Positions 1-13,500 of a stretch of DNA of 64,000 nt are shown in pieces. Under the pieces are notes generated by a model, which was given only the letters and a program-made list of their open reading frames with translations, was not told the origin of the DNA and did not search any database. Each line of letters opens with the position of its first letter. The first letter of the stretch is position 1. Both the position numbers and the translations under genes were made by a program. This DNA comes from Okamejei kenojei (lineage: Eukaryota). The DNA lies in NCBI GenBank assembly GCA_035221665.1, contig CM069153.1, forward strand, positions 33,790,001-33,854,000, given 5' to 3'.

Positions 1-24
1 ATTCATATCTATCTTGAAAATATG

Positions 25-141
25 GAGGAAAGAACTGCAGATGCTGGTTTAAATCAAAGATAGACGCAAAATACTGGAGTAACTCAGCGGGGTAGGCAGT
101 ATTTCTGGCCTGAGTTACTCCAGCATTTTGTGTCTATCTTT
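25..141. repeat. Fold-back pLTR-derived repeat
   Basis: aaagatagacgcaaaatactggagtaactcag (56-87) is inverted with ctgagttactccagcattttgtgtctatcttt (110-141). Confidence 0.8.
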
Positions 142-3100
142 CAAAATATGGAGTTGTAATCCCTATTCCCAATATACTCTTCCACTGAAACACCAGTCAC
201 CTGGCCAAGCTTGTTTCCCAATACAAGGTCCCTTGTACTGTCCCTATTACAGGCAGCAAGCAATGAGCAAGCAATGGTCTGGAGCTGTGCGGCAACAGCA
301 CCACCTGCTGTGCCACTGTGCTACTCCGAATTGAGTAAAGTGAAAATGTTGGCATAAAGCGGGAGCAAAAAACACATTGCTAGAGGATCTCAGTGGGTGA
401 AGCTGCACCCAAAACACCAACTTTGCATTCCCTTCCAAAGATGTTGCCTGACTTGCAGAGTTCCTCAAGTAGACTGCTTTTTATCACAGACTCCACCATC
501 TGCAGTCATCTGTGTCTATTATATTCAGAGGGATCCAGGTGGCCTTGTACACAAATCATTACAAATTATTGTGTAGGTATTGCAAGAGGTTAAGAAGCAA
601 ATGGTAAGTTGGCTTGCAAATGAAGCACTGATTTTTCCCACTCAAGCTGGGATTCGGCTAGATAATTACACAATACAGCTTTCTATTCTACCCACTCAAA
701 GTGCTTAATAGATGCACCTTGGCACAAGAAGCATTATCTTATTAAGTTTGGTTCACAGTCTACCTTCCTGTTTCACAATGCACCAATGGATGACAGGGTC
801 CACTAATTTAATAACAGGCCCACCAACAAAAGGCCTCATTGACACAAATATAAATACCCACAAATAGTTTAATTTAATAAATATACAATTTAGTGTTAAT
901 GAATTATGCTGAACTGCATCATGATTAATGCCTGCCCCCCTCTTAAATGCCCTCTGGAATGGCCTGAACCCCTCTCTTCAATCATCACTAACCATTGTAT
1001 TCTCATCCTTACAATTATCTAGGATATCTGTTCACTCATCCTTAGGATTACCTTAAGATATCTCCCATCTACTGCAACTCTCTCCACAATAGTCTTGAAT
1101 TCCCAATTCCCCTTTGTCTCTATGTTCCTGAGATTATTTCCATATATCGCACCCCTCTCCTGAAGATTATTCCGAGGTTGCAATCATTCCAACTCTCTCC
1201 CATATCTCTAATCTTGGCAATTCCAATGCCCACCAAACTTAATATCACCTTCCCTACATGAAGATTTCTCAGCAAATATTCCACTGACAATGACTGACTC
1301 TCCAGGCAACAATTTATTACATCCCCTCTCCAGTACTTCCTACCGTAAACCGTCTCAATGTTACCAGCCCCTACCTCCATTTGAGAACTACATTTTTACT
1401 TGCCATATAATTTCCCTTGGTTCTCAACACTTTCCTTTAAATACATCGCAATGTAATAGTAAGTTGCGATCCGAGCACGTAAATAGCAAAAATAATAAAC
1501 GAGATTGATCTCAATTTCATGAAAATGTGTTATAACCATATAATTTGAACCAAGAGGTATTCTCAACTATCCCGCCAAATCAGTCACACAATTTTAGCAA
1601 TCATAATGAGAAATTAGATGGAGCACCACACAATAGAACATATTATTTCTGTATGAGACCAATGCCACTGGGAAAAGTGTCTGCTTTTAATCTATTGAAA
1701 TTAGGGACTTTGAAGCACAGTGGGTAATTTAAAGCTTTCATTTATGAGGATGAATACATAGACTAAGCTCGTCAAACCTTAAGTTAAGGGTAATATTTTT
1801 AGTGTTCAAGATGATTTTAAAGATGTTATGAAGAGGAAAATGGTTATCCTTGAGTGTAAGACCAGAACAAAGGAGATATAAACAAAATTAGGCCCAGAAT
1901 ATTCAAAGATGTTTTGAAAAAAAAAACCCACTTATTCAAACAAAGAGCTTATGAACAACTGAAAATGTAAAAGCAGGACAATGTATATTTGTGCAAAGCA
2001 AGGGTCTAGAGTCGATGAAAACAAATCAAAGAATGAATGATAACCTATAAACCAGGCATGACCTAATTAGTGGAACAGGCTCCATAAAGTGTAAATGGCT
2101 ATTGCTGTTGGCCCATGCTCCTTTTCAGCAGAAGGGAAATCTACTTCTCTGAAAGCTATCCAGTGCAAATACAGTCAGGAATAAAGCTGTATTAAAAAAA
2201 ACCAAATACAGTATGATGTAAATGGTTGATTCAATGCAGATGTGTTCTCTTTTGTGAAACTCAGCCTATTAGTAAATAAAAAACAAAAACTTTGAGTATT
2301 AACAGAACATTCTGTTTGAACCTGTCTATCAAACTCAGGGTTACCAAATGGAACCCAGAGAAGGTCAATCACAAGCCCTGCTCACAGGTGCCGTGCCACT
2401 TAACACGCACATCTGCCCGATAGCCTCTTGTGTTCAGAAAACTTGACTGCTTTCCCTTGACTTCTGCCAGGTTTTGCCTGCTCATTTTTTCCTTGGTCTC
2501 ACTACTGTTTGCGTCTGAGATTTTGCTTGTTGCATCTGGACTTAATCAAAAACAATTGATTTTGACAGAACATACCAGAGTTGAAAATAAACTCCAAAGT
2601 AACACAAGGAATACCTACAGCAGTCATGGAGGTGATCTTATTCCCTTTGAACCAGTACATTCTGATGAGAATGCGACATGTCAGGAAAGCTCATCGGTGA
2701 ATGGGCTGTTTGATGTGGCCTTGAACCAAATAATTCTGATTTAATCCTTGTGATATAATGCGTAAAAAGCACCTTCTGACTTACTATCTATTGTTACCTA
2801 CTAGCGGATTGGATGGTCGTAGGATCACTATAGTTGGGTTTGGTGCTCACTGACACCTATTGCTTTTTTACTGTGGAACCACTTGCACTTCTACATCAGA
2901 GGCTTAAGTACATTAATTTAGGCACCCAATCTAATGCAATTTTGAGCGAATGTTGCTCTGAGGGAGTCTTGAAATGAAGGACTCTTTTTCTCTCTCATGG
3001 GGACATGTAAACTCTGCATTGCTTTGAAGAAGAACGGTAAGGAAATTTCCTTAGCTCTTCAACCCCTATTTATCCATCCGTTTGCATCAGTAAAACAGGC

Positions 3101-5895
3101 CAACAGGGCCAATCTGTACAAATTTACTTGGTTCCTATGTTATGACAATGATTTCATGAATTGTTGTAGTGGTGCCGTAAGGACTGGATTGTCAATCCGT
3201 TGCCTGAGTTCAAATCCCACCATGACAATTTTGGATTTTATAATCAAATAATAAATTGGAATTTTATAAAAAAGATATAAACCCATTACTAATGATGACA
3301 ATCAGATTGCCAGATTCTTGTAAAATAAAAACATTTATTTTAATAGTTCCTTTCCGGGAAATAAATCTGCTCTCTTATATGTGAACCCAGACCTATCAAT
3401 GAGACTGAATCTTAAATATCATATCAACCTGCTGAGTTCACGTACAATTAGGATTGGGAAGTAAATCTGGTCTTGTTAATGATACCCTGATCATGAAAAG
3501 GTTTTTTAGAAAATAGTTACATTAAAGTTGCTATAGAAATGAAATATTATGGTTGAATAAGGCTCAATATGACTATAATTTGTTGTAAACAGCTTCAGGA
3601 TTTGTGAAAGGTGTAATAAGAATGTATGTCCTAATGTCAAGGTATATTCACCATGTTGTGTAACAGTGAAAGAAGGTATGAGCCAATAGTAAATGTCAAA
3701 TAAATCATGTGGGATTAATAACTGGGAATAACAAATATCCAACAATGGCAATATTTAGTGTAATTGTTTGCATTTTCTTTTTAACATATACTTAAAATTC
3801 TCTGGTAGCTTATCATTATCCAAGAGTAAACTCATTAAATTTGAAATATTAAAAAATATATATCCATCCTCATTGAATGGCTATCTGATCCAGGCATTTT
3901 AATCCTAGCAATTGCACAGCTTTCTTGTAGCTGCATTATATGATCAGAAAGGAAAAAAATTACCTTCAAATGTACCTTACTTCTTCCTTGAGATTGGGGG
4001 AGGCTTGCTTCCCATTCGGGTTGTGGAATGGAAGTTGGCTGTGCATTATTTATTTTAACATGAAGTAATTGTTGCAAACTAGCTGCCACACAACATGCCA
4101 AGAGGTGTGAAGATAACATTGGAGATCAGAATTTGCCGCCCAGACATATATATGGCTAATGTATGACACTTTGCCAAACCTTGATGCACTTCAGATTTAG
4201 CTCATGCAGTCTAGTCATTACTGTAATGCAGAAGACATGACAGCCATTTATGCACCACAAATTCCTACCAACCATAATATTATAATGACCACATTTGTGT
4301 TTGTTGGTATTATTGTTCAGGTGATTAATATTGAACAAGAACCCAAGAGAATATCCTTTTTTTTTCTTGGAAAGTGTGCGCAGGATTATTTACATCTATC
4401 TGAAAGGTCAGATGAGGCATTTGTTCATTATCTCACCTAGGGCTAAGAATAATGGCTCAAGCCCCTGCTTTAAACTCAAGCTTTCTGCAAATGTAGAATT
4501 GAAAAGTCAATTCACTGACAGTTTCTAACATACAGTATGTGCTTCGAGGTCTCAGACTGAGTTTCTATCTAACAAAGAGATGGCAGAATATAACTGGATA
4601 AAAGTTTTTTTATTTACTACCAGATTAAGCTGTTTCCTATGAATCTTATCTAAAAAAGACAATGTGTCAATACATTTCTAAAAGAAAGGAAACACATGGG
4701 GTGGAGTAAGATTGGTTTCTGGGCATCAGTGGCTGGGGAGGGCCAAGATAACGTTGAACAGTACAATGGGAATAGGTCCTTCAACCCGAAATGTCTGTTG
4801 ATACTAAATTAAACTAATCTCTTATGCCTGCACATGATCCACATCTGTCCATTCCCTGCATTTCCAGGTGCCTACCTAAAAGCTTCTTTAATGACATTAT
4901 CATATTTGCCACCATTAGAAAGTATAATTATAGAACTGACACATAATTGGGTAGCTGAGGTTTGGAGGGAATTGTGTCATTGGGCATATGATTGAAACAC
5001 AAGTTCAGAAGGGGAGAAATTGGATGGCTAAGGACACAGTTTGGGGTTGGAAAAAACATGGAAATATAGTAAGGTACTAGTACAAGGTGAGGATGGTTCA
5101 AGGGAGAAACCACCAAAGGTGGCTTTTAATCACAAGATCAGGATATCAAGCTACATTGCCACTGTCCTTTTTAAGCGTGTCCTCCTTTAAAAGTCTTCAA
5201 AGCAGGCTTCAAATCTCCAGTTACAGCCTGTTCTGGCCTGAATGGCAAAAAATAATTTTGTGAAAGAGACATCAACTATTTGACATCAGCATGCATGGCC
5301 ATTTACCTTTGTACTTAGACTAGTCTAAGATCCAGAGGCACACTGTTTTCCCTTCAAGTGCCTGATGGTGTACAGAACCCAGTTTTTGAATTAATTCACT
5401 CTCATATTGCGCAAGATGTCATGCTTTGCAAAATAATTTCTACCTCAACTTTGTTCAAGAGCACCACAAAACCAAACTTCAAAATCCTGTTTTGCCACTT
5501 TGTACTTAATTGCCTCAATCTGTACTTTGACTTTCTAAAAGAAAATCTGTGCAAACCATTCCAGAGAGTGATGTCACAGCCTGAACAACATGGCTGAATG
5601 GCCTGCTCTTGATCCTAATTCAATTTGTGACTTCATTTTTCAAGCAGCCCATTGAGACACAGGCAGCTTATCTATTTGGGTTACATCGAGAATACATTGT
5701 TCCTAAGAAATCCATTGGTACTCTCTCCATGGAAACATTCATTGTCAATAATTCATGTTAGAAATTCTTTAGCTAGTTGAGAAGGAAGCACCATAAAAAC
5801 ATAGGAAGTTATAAAGATAGAAAGATAAAGATGCAGTTGACCCTTTGATGATTGTATTTGGCTCTCAATCCTAAGAACTATGCAAGCACTCCTAA

Positions 5896-6445
5896 AGGGC
5901 TTGTCCCACTTGGGCGACCTAATCCGTGAGTTCTGGCGAGTTTGCCCTCGACTCATACTCACAGCATGGTTGACACAAGGTCGTAGAAGGTCTTCGTAAC
6001 TCTCCTTCATGTTCGAGAGTGGTCTCTGCGTACTCGAGGCCTCAGTAAGGTCGCCGCATTTTTTCAATATGTTAAAAAATGCCCTCGAGTAAAAAAGGTC
6101 GCAAAGGAAAAAATCAATACTTTTTTTACTCATAGGTTTAGTCGCAGTAGTTCGTAGTAGGTCGGCATGTTAGTCCTAGGTAATTGAGGGTAGTCGAAGG
6201 TAGTCGTAGATAGTCTTCATCATAGTCAAAGGGAGGTTGAAGGGAGGTCGAAGGAGATCGAAGGAGGTCGTCTTCACTCTCCACTATTCGGTGTCCAATT
6301 TTCCCAAAGTTAGTTGTAGCTAGTCGTAGCTAGTCGAAGCTGGTCTACAACATAGTCTTAAGGAGGTCGAAGGAAGTCTTCTACATGTCATTTTTTTAAA
6401 CTCTTCTAAACTCGCCAATTAGGTCGCCCAAGTGGGACAGCCCAT
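5896..6445. mobile_element. PIF/Harbinger-type MITE, subfamily A
   Basis: TIRs agggcttgtcccacttgggcgacctaat and attaggtcgcccaagtgggacagcccat. TAA on both sides (5893-5895, 6446-6448). Internal (gtagtcg/aggtcga)-type repeats. Confidence 0.85.
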
Positions 6446-7120
6446 TAAGGCAACTCATCATTTCCCTGTCTAAAAGTTAACCATATTCTACACTTGGCTT
6501 GAAATTCACTGATCTCTGTGAGGACCAGTTTTAGTGCAATTGGTCAAGATGGCCAAGGCACAATTGAACTCAGCACTTGTGTAACAAATTCAATGCATTA
6601 AAAAATGTAAATTTCGCAGTATTTTGTTTCGATGAAACAAAACACAATGGACATTTCAATCTAATAACAATCACTTATCTCACTCACCGACAACTAGAAA
6701 GTGCAAGATGAGCATTCTGTCACAATGATTCGGGGATCAAACCTGCTGTTTAGTCCTGTGGGCAATCCCTATAACCAGCTGAGCCAGTGTGCAATTCTTT
6801 GGGCCGACGGACAGCTTTGTTCAATTGCAGGAATGCAGTTAGCTGCGACGCTGCCTGCAGTCCAGCACCATACTGAAACTAACAGCCTGTGCTCAAACAT
6901 GCAAACAGATCAGCCATGACCTTATGAAATGGCAGTGGTTTGAGGGGCTGAATGGCCTGCTCTTGATCCTAATTCATACATTCACATATAACAATACTCC
7001 AGGACTCTATAAAAATATATTGAAACCTGTTTCTGATAAAGTCATCAACCTGAAATGTAATTGGTTTCTCCACAGATGCAGCCTGCCCAGCTTTTTGTTT
7101 TTATTTAAGATTTACTGCCT

Positions 7121-7545
7121 GGATTAGGGGGTATTAGCTACAAAGAGAGGTTGGACAGACTCCAATTGTTTTCTCTGGAGACCTGAAAGAAATATATAAA
7201 GTTGAGAGGCTTAGAGAGAATGGACAGTCAGAACCTTTTCCCCAGGGTAGCTATGTCAAATACAAGAAGGCATAGCTTTAAGGAAAGAGGGTCAAAATTG
7301 AAAGAAGATGTGTGAGGCATTAACACAGAGGATTGTGGATGCCTGGAATGTTTTGCCAGGAGTTGTGGTGAAGGCATATATGATAGTGCTATTTAAGGGT
7401 CTTTTAGATAGGCACTATAGATATGCAGGGAATGGAGCGATATTCATCATATGCAGGCACATGAGGTTAGTTTTATCTTGACATCATGTTCGGCACAGTT
7501 ATTGTGGGCCGAAGAGCCGTTCCTGTGCTAAACTGTTCTATGTTT
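7121..7545 (+). mobile_element. CR1-type LINE 3' fragment
   Basis: ttagctacaaagagaggttggacagac...gggccgaagagccgttcctgtgctaaactgttctatgtt tail. Confidence 0.8.
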
Positions 7546-7719
7546 TATTCCCAGCATCTGTGGTTCTGTGCTTTGCAATTGCCTTTCAAAAACTGTTTCT
7601 GTTTCTCTTAAAATATTCTTGCTGTTTCTATCAAGAAATCTGTCATGTTTTTTGCGTTGTTTCTCCGCTTGCCAACATTACATTTCAAAAATAATGTGTA
7701 GGTGGTTGTTGCTCCTTCA

Positions 7720-7950
7720 TTCCTATCTCCTTATCTTTCCAAACTCACATCTCTCTTGTCATCTGTTACTTTTAATCCCTTTTTCCTTTCTTTCATTTCC
7801 GTCTCTTACCCAATTTCTCTCCTCTCCCCTTCATATAAACCTCTCAATTTCCTTCTCTCCTCTCTCCTCTCCCCTCTCTCTTTTCCACTTCTCTTTCCCC
7901 TTCCTTCTCTTTCTCCTCATCCTGCGTTTCCTGCACTTTCCCTCACCTCT
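7720..7950. repeat. CT-rich low-complexity tract
   Basis: Polypyrimidine sequence, with a second patch at 8150-8335. It explains the Leu/Ser/Phe-rich spurious ORFs. Confidence 0.75.
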
Positions 7951-8835
7951 GCTATTATATGTAGATTTACCAATACCAGCCACCTAGTCTATAACGATTG
8001 AGACCTGCACTGGTCTAAACCTACATGACACTCGGATTGATTTTGTTCCAACATACACCGACGTGTCCCTTCAGTACTGAATTGCTGGCGCACCGGTTTA
8101 TTACCTTCAACCAACAACCATATTTTTCTACACTGATCCATCTGCCACAAAATATTCACTCTCTCTTGTCATCTCCAAATGTCCCACCCCTTCCTCTCCG
8201 TCATTCACGCTTTCCCATCTATCTCTCCACTCCTCTATTCTGTCTCTCCCCCCTCCCCCTTTTTACTTTGTATCCTGTTCCTCACTTTGTTTCTTACCAT
8301 CTTATTTTCTCTGTAACTCTGCTTTACTCCTCTTGACAGAGGTTTTTCAATCTCCATGAATTGCATATAGTTTAAGGTAGCAATGCTACTCTGGTAAGGA
8401 TAATGTAAATTTAAATGTTCATGGATGCTATTCCTCTGAACCCGATGGATTAGTTTTGCATTTACTGAAATGATAACACTAGTCTTTTACGCTTCCAGAC
8501 TTACTTCAGGTTTACCGTGGCAAAATAAAGAAAATATAACTAGACTGAGAAGGCTGTTGCTGAATATTAATTATTTTGCACTTTCATTTGCAGTGTTCTA
8601 TACAAGTAAATAAATAAATAAAATAACGTCAGAGGACCAATTAATCACTCTCAAGTGATGTTAACTTAGTGATAAATATTAGCTAGCGTCAAACTGGTTT
8701 TGTTTAAAACAATATGGTATATTATTTTAAATCAATCATAGTGCAGGTTCTAACATCTTACCTGAGAAGCAAAGTCATTGACCACTACAACACTCACTCA
8801 GTACTGCCGTCAATGTGCAAACCTATATTTTACAC

Positions 8836-9844
8836 TGTGTACGAAGGAACTGCAGATGCTGGTTTAAAATACAATACCGTTTATTGTCATTTGAACCTCA
8901 AATAAAGTTCAAACGAAATTTGGTTTCTGCAGTCATACAACAAGAAAAAAAAACAAGACACACAATTAACACAATTTACACAAACATCCATCACAGTGAA
9001 TCTCCTCCTCGCTGTGATGGAAGGCAAAGTCATTGTCTCTCCCGTTTTCCATTCTTCTCCCAATGTTAAAGCCCCCGGCGGGCAATGGCAAGTCCCGCGG
9101 TCGTTAAGGCCACGCCGGTCGATGTAAGGCACAGCTCTAGGTCTTGATGTTGGAGCCCCCGATGGCAAGTCCTGAGGCCGTTAAAGCCGTGCCGGGCGAT
9201 ATAAGGCCTCGCTCCGGGTCGTTTTCAACCTCGCAATTCGGGCGGAAGAAGTTGCCGCTGCGGGAGCTCTGAAAAGCGGTCTCCCACCAGCGACCCGCGA
9301 GCTCCCGATGTTACCGTCCACAGGGGCTGCGGCTGGAGCCTCCGAAGCTCCGAAGTCGGGTCGCAGCCGCACGCCACCACAGCTCTCCACTCTCCGAAGC
9401 CGACCAGCTCCACGATGGTAAGTCCGCAGGCTCCCCGACTGGAGCCCCAAGGTCGTTCCGGTTTGAGGCCGCTCCACGCCCCAACTACAACGGAGACCCA
9501 ACAGGGAAAAGGTCGGGTCCCTCGTACAGGGAAGAGATTTAAAAGTTCCCCCGCCCCCCACATATACACAGCTAAAAACAATATATAAACTACAATCAAA
9601 CTATACACTCAACAGGACAAAAACATATTTTAAAGACAGACGGACTGCAGAGGCGCCGCCATCTTACTAACTTAAGATGAACACAAAATGCTGGAGTAAC
9701 TCGGCAGGGCAGGGCAGTCAACATCTTTGGATAGAAGGAATGGGAACTTTTTCTGGTCGAGACACTTCTACAGACTGACAGATATGGACACAAAATACTG
9801 GAGTGCCTCAGTGTAAACCAGCATCTGCAGTTCCTTCGTACACA
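8836..9844. mobile_element. Fold-back pLTR-derived element interrupted by a nested GC-rich retroelement
   Basis: 31-bp inverted ends tgtgtacgaaggaactgcagatgctggttta (8836-8866) and taaaccagcatctgcagttccttcgtacaca (9814-9844). The family sequence resumes at about 9672 after the insert. Confidence 0.8.
8869..9670 (-). mobile_element. GC/CpG-rich non-autonomous retroelement with an L2/Rex1-like 3' tail
   Basis: The minus strand starts aagatggcggcgcc and ends gtatgactgcagaaaccaaatttcgtttgaac...gttcaaatgacaataaacggtattgtat (stem-loop, AATAAA, short repeat). Internal direct repeat at 9071-9130 and 9155-9207. Confidence 0.65.
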
Positions 9845-11910
9845 TTTTGTACTGACAACCCTGATGTCAACAATGAACCCACAATTTTCATTGCGAGTGC
9901 ACCTGCTTGAGATGCAATTGTTTAATTATGTAATAATCTGAGAATTCATTAACTGCTCAGGTGGAAAATGTAATTAATAAATGTTTAAGGCAGGTAAAGC
10001 TGCAGTAGGAAAAGAAGCAATTAACAAATCATTATTTATTGTGGAAGCAATTTTAATATTTTTAATGGATTTAAAATTGAAATAATGCTAAGTGTAAATC
10101 ACGTTAAGAACCAATGGTTCCTACACAAGGAAACCATTCCTTGGCTGAAAGCTCATCATAAGAACTTTTCTTGAACATGGCTGTCCAGGAAGATCGTGAG
10201 GATTTACTTGTATACGATGCAAAAATAAACAAAAAACATAATCTTGTCACAGGTAAAAATTGCTGAGTTTCCAAATCATTTTTTCAAGTGCTACAATGAC
10301 AGTAGCAAACATTATTGTAATGCTCTCTCAATTAGACCATCCAAAACCTTCAAATTTACTATGTAGAAATGTGAAGAAAATCCCTGGACTCCAATTTTAT
10401 AGCTGGTGGGCAATCTCATTGGACATTTTTGAGTTTTTGTAAGAAGATTAAACACAACCAAAGTTGCAGCATTCCCATTTGAGTCCAACTCAGTGAAGCC
10501 TCGTTATATTGTTACATAGGTTTATAGAAGCTAATGTTCATCTTATCCGATAGTAGATATCCATTTCACATAATTCTCTAACTTCCCCCGAAACGCTGAC
10601 TGCATTTAAACATCAGTTGATGCATGTAAATCGAATTTAACTCACTTGTTCATTGCATTAAAACTTGTTCGCTCAGATTTTATCAGCTTTTATGCTTTTA
10701 AAAGTTGAGCTTTTAGCTCTATACCCAGTCTATGTGAAGCCCACCTTCTCTTCCACTCAGTTCTCTGCCTTTTCATTCACACCTTCAACATCATCATAAC
10801 GTTGATCGACAAGCGTTTGGCAGCTATTCCAACTCTACTACTTCATCTGTATGTAGTCCTACTGTATATACATGAGTCTGCCCCAAGATAAGACAACTGA
10901 TCTTTTGCCCCCCAGCCAATGCACAATGTAATATATTTCCTAAATATCACACTCTGGTCTTCTCCAATCAGTACCTACTATTTATCACATTAGTAGTATT
11001 CCCCACTTTTATTTGCTCCATCAGACACCATTTATTTCAACCGTTGCAGCTGTCCTCGATGAAATTCTTGTCGTTAACCTTTCTGTCTTCCCTCTTCTCT
11101 GCTGGGAAAGATTATCCTAAAAGTCCATCTGTTTGACTTGGCCCCAATTCCTTTCAAGTGTGGTTCCGTGGGTATAGCATCTCTTTCAGTTTCCCAAAAA
11201 ATAATGGATTCAAATTCTATTCCAGAATAGATATGAACAGAAAAATTTTGTCTGGGATTACATGATATGTCACTCATCAGGCTTAAGCACCCAATAAAAG
11301 TTTGAAGGATCGTAACACCTTCAAGGGTGCTGTCATTTGTATGCAGTTAAATGTTAGGCTCTGACTTAAAGAACCCATAGTATTATTTAAAAGAGCAGTG
11401 GAACGTTCTGCATTGTCCTTGACAAAATATGTTCCTCAATCAATATTATTAAACCAGATGAACTGACCATTAATTGATTGCTTTGAATGGAACTGCACAA
11501 ATAGGCTATCACAATTCCCACCTTACAAGAGCTGTGGACGGAAGAATCAATGATGAGTGTATGGGCAGGAGCAGCTTAAAGTAGAGGGTCTTTTAATGAA
11601 ACTTCCAGGTGATCGGCCAACATGACTTAGAAAACTCAACTAAAGAGGGTGGCTTTGAGCGTTCTGCTGAAAGGCAACTCCTGGAATATTGACTTTGATT
11701 TACTCTCTTAGTTGTTCATAGGCTTGCGAATTTCCTGTGTGCTTTGCAGTTACGGAACTCATGGTTGTTTTAAGCATAATCATTGAGAGCCCAAATCAGT
11801 TATTTTCTCACTGTCAACAGTTGAAATGAAAAGGGAACGCTATCCTACAGCAATTATCTTTGTCAGGACAATCCATTTTCAATAATCATTTCATTCTGTT
11901 TGCTTTCCAG

Positions 11911-12008
11911 TATGTTAGAGTATTCACTGGACCTGCAGAACGTCAGTCTATCAGCAGTCCGTACCGTGAGGGTCCTGAGACCACTACGAGCTATTAACCG
12001 AGTTCCTA
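11911..12008 (+). CDS. CACNA1G: CACNA1G exon (human exon 4 equivalent): domain I S3-S4 voltage sensor
   Basis: tttccag|TATGTTAGAG...GTTCCTA|gtaagt, 98 nt. Translates to [32 protein letters not shown], the Cav3 IS4 with R at every third position. Not in the ORF track. Confidence 0.96.
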
Positions 12009-12068
12009 GTAAGTATGCTTGTTCTTCAGTCATCTCTAAACATTTTTTTACTCCATATTTGAGTTATT

Positions 12069-13171
12069 GACATGATTTCAGTAGACACTTGAATGTGGGA
12101 AAAGGAATCTTAATATGCCGCATGTGAGGCTGCTGAAGAAGATGAGAGCCCATAGTATTAGAGGGAAGATACTAGCATGGACAGAAGGTTGACTGGATGG
12201 CAGAAGGCAAAGAGTGGGAATAAAGAGCGCCTTTTCTGGTTGGCTGCCAGTGACTAGTGGTGTTCTGCAGTGGTCGAAGCTGGGCCGCTTCTCTTCACGT
12301 TGTTTATCGGTCATTTGGATGAGCGAGTTGAAGGCTTTGTGACCAAGTTTGCGGGTGATGTGAAGGGACTCTGCAGAATGACTTGGACAGTTTGGGAGAG
12401 TGGACAAAGAAGTGGCCGATGAAATATCCTAGAGCAAAGTATGCAGTCATGCATTTTAGTAAGAGGAATAAAGGTTTATTTTCCAAATGGGACAAGGATT
12501 CAGAAATCGGAGGTGCAAAGGGACATGGGAGTGCTGATGCAGGATTCCCAAAAGGTTAATTTGCAAGTTGAATCAATGGTAAGGAAGGCTATGCAGTGCT
12601 AGCATTTATTTCGAGAGACTAATATTTGAAAACAGAGATGTAATGCGGTGGCTTTATAAAGTACTGGTCAGACCGTATTTGAAGTATTGTGAGCAGTTTT
12701 AGGCCCCATATCTGAGGATGTGCTGGCATTGGAAAGGGCCCAGATGAGATTTACGAGAATGATCCCGGAGATGATTGGGTTGATGTATGATGAACGTTTG
12801 ACAGCATTGGGCCTGTACTTGTTGGAGAGTGAGGGGGGACCTCATTGAAACTTACCGAATAGTGAAAGGCCTGAATAGAGTGGCTGTGGAGAGAATGTTA
12901 CCACTGAGTGCGCCCTCTGGTCTAGGGCCAGAGGGCGCACTCAGAATAAAAGGACATACCTTTAGGATGGAGATGAGGAGGAATTTTTTTAGTCAGCAGG
13001 TGGTGATCTGTGGAATTCACTGCCACAGACGGCTGTGGGAGCCAACTCATTGGGTATTTTTAAGGTGGAGATTAAGGTGGAGGTTGTGAGGTAAAGATAG
13101 ATTAGCCATTATGGAATGGCAGAGTAGACTCGATGGGCCAAATGGCCTAATTCTGCTCCTGTGACTTATGA
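12069..13171 (+). mobile_element. CR1-type LINE 3' fragment (decayed RT and 3' UTR)
   Basis: Remnants of the SGVPQGS, KFADD and YKxLVRPxLEY motifs. RGDLIETYRI...RRNFFSQ in ORF 12829-13089. CR1 tail gatgggccaaatggcctaattctgctcct. Confidence 0.88.
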
Positions 13172-13194
13172 ATGTACGAACTTGCCAAGCGGCA

Positions 13195-13500
13195 TTAGAC
13201 TTTAGAGATACAGCGTGGAAACAGGCCATGTGGCCCACCAAGTCTGTGCCAACCAGCGATTATCCCATATACTAACACTATCCTATACACCATGGACAAT
13301 TGACAATTTTATAAAAGCTAATTAACCTACGAACCTGTACGTCATTGGAGTGTGGTGGGGAAACCGGAGCTGCTGGATAAAACCCACATGGTCACTGGGA
13401 GAAATTACAAACTCTGTACATACAGCACCTGTAGTCAGGATCGAACCCTGGTCTCAGGTGCTGTAAGGCAACAGCTCTACCGTTACGTCACTGTGCTGCC
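13195..13500 (-). mobile_element. tRNA-derived V-SINE (HE1-like)
   Basis: Minus strand has A/B boxes (gtgacgtaacggtagag; gggttcgatcc), a V-domain core (ttctcccagtgaccatgtgggttt...ccacactccaa) and a CR1-like 3' tail. Confidence 0.85.

Noticed and set aside
7568-8336. Hydrophobic 99-139 aa ORFs as membrane proteins
   Set aside because: Translation of CT-rich low-complexity DNA.
9070-9560. CpG island as the CACNA1G promoter
   Set aside because: It interrupts another repeat and has a retroposon tail. The first exon in the window is an internal exon.
9181-9608. 126-127 aa GC-rich minus-strand ORFs as a nested gene
   Set aside because: They lie inside a retroelement insert, show no recognisable domain, and several frames are open simply because of high GC.
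1-11910. Upstream CACNA1G exon (exon 3: AFDDFIF...DTWNRLDFFIV)
   Set aside because: No matching coding sequence was seen by eye; it probably lies upstream of the window.
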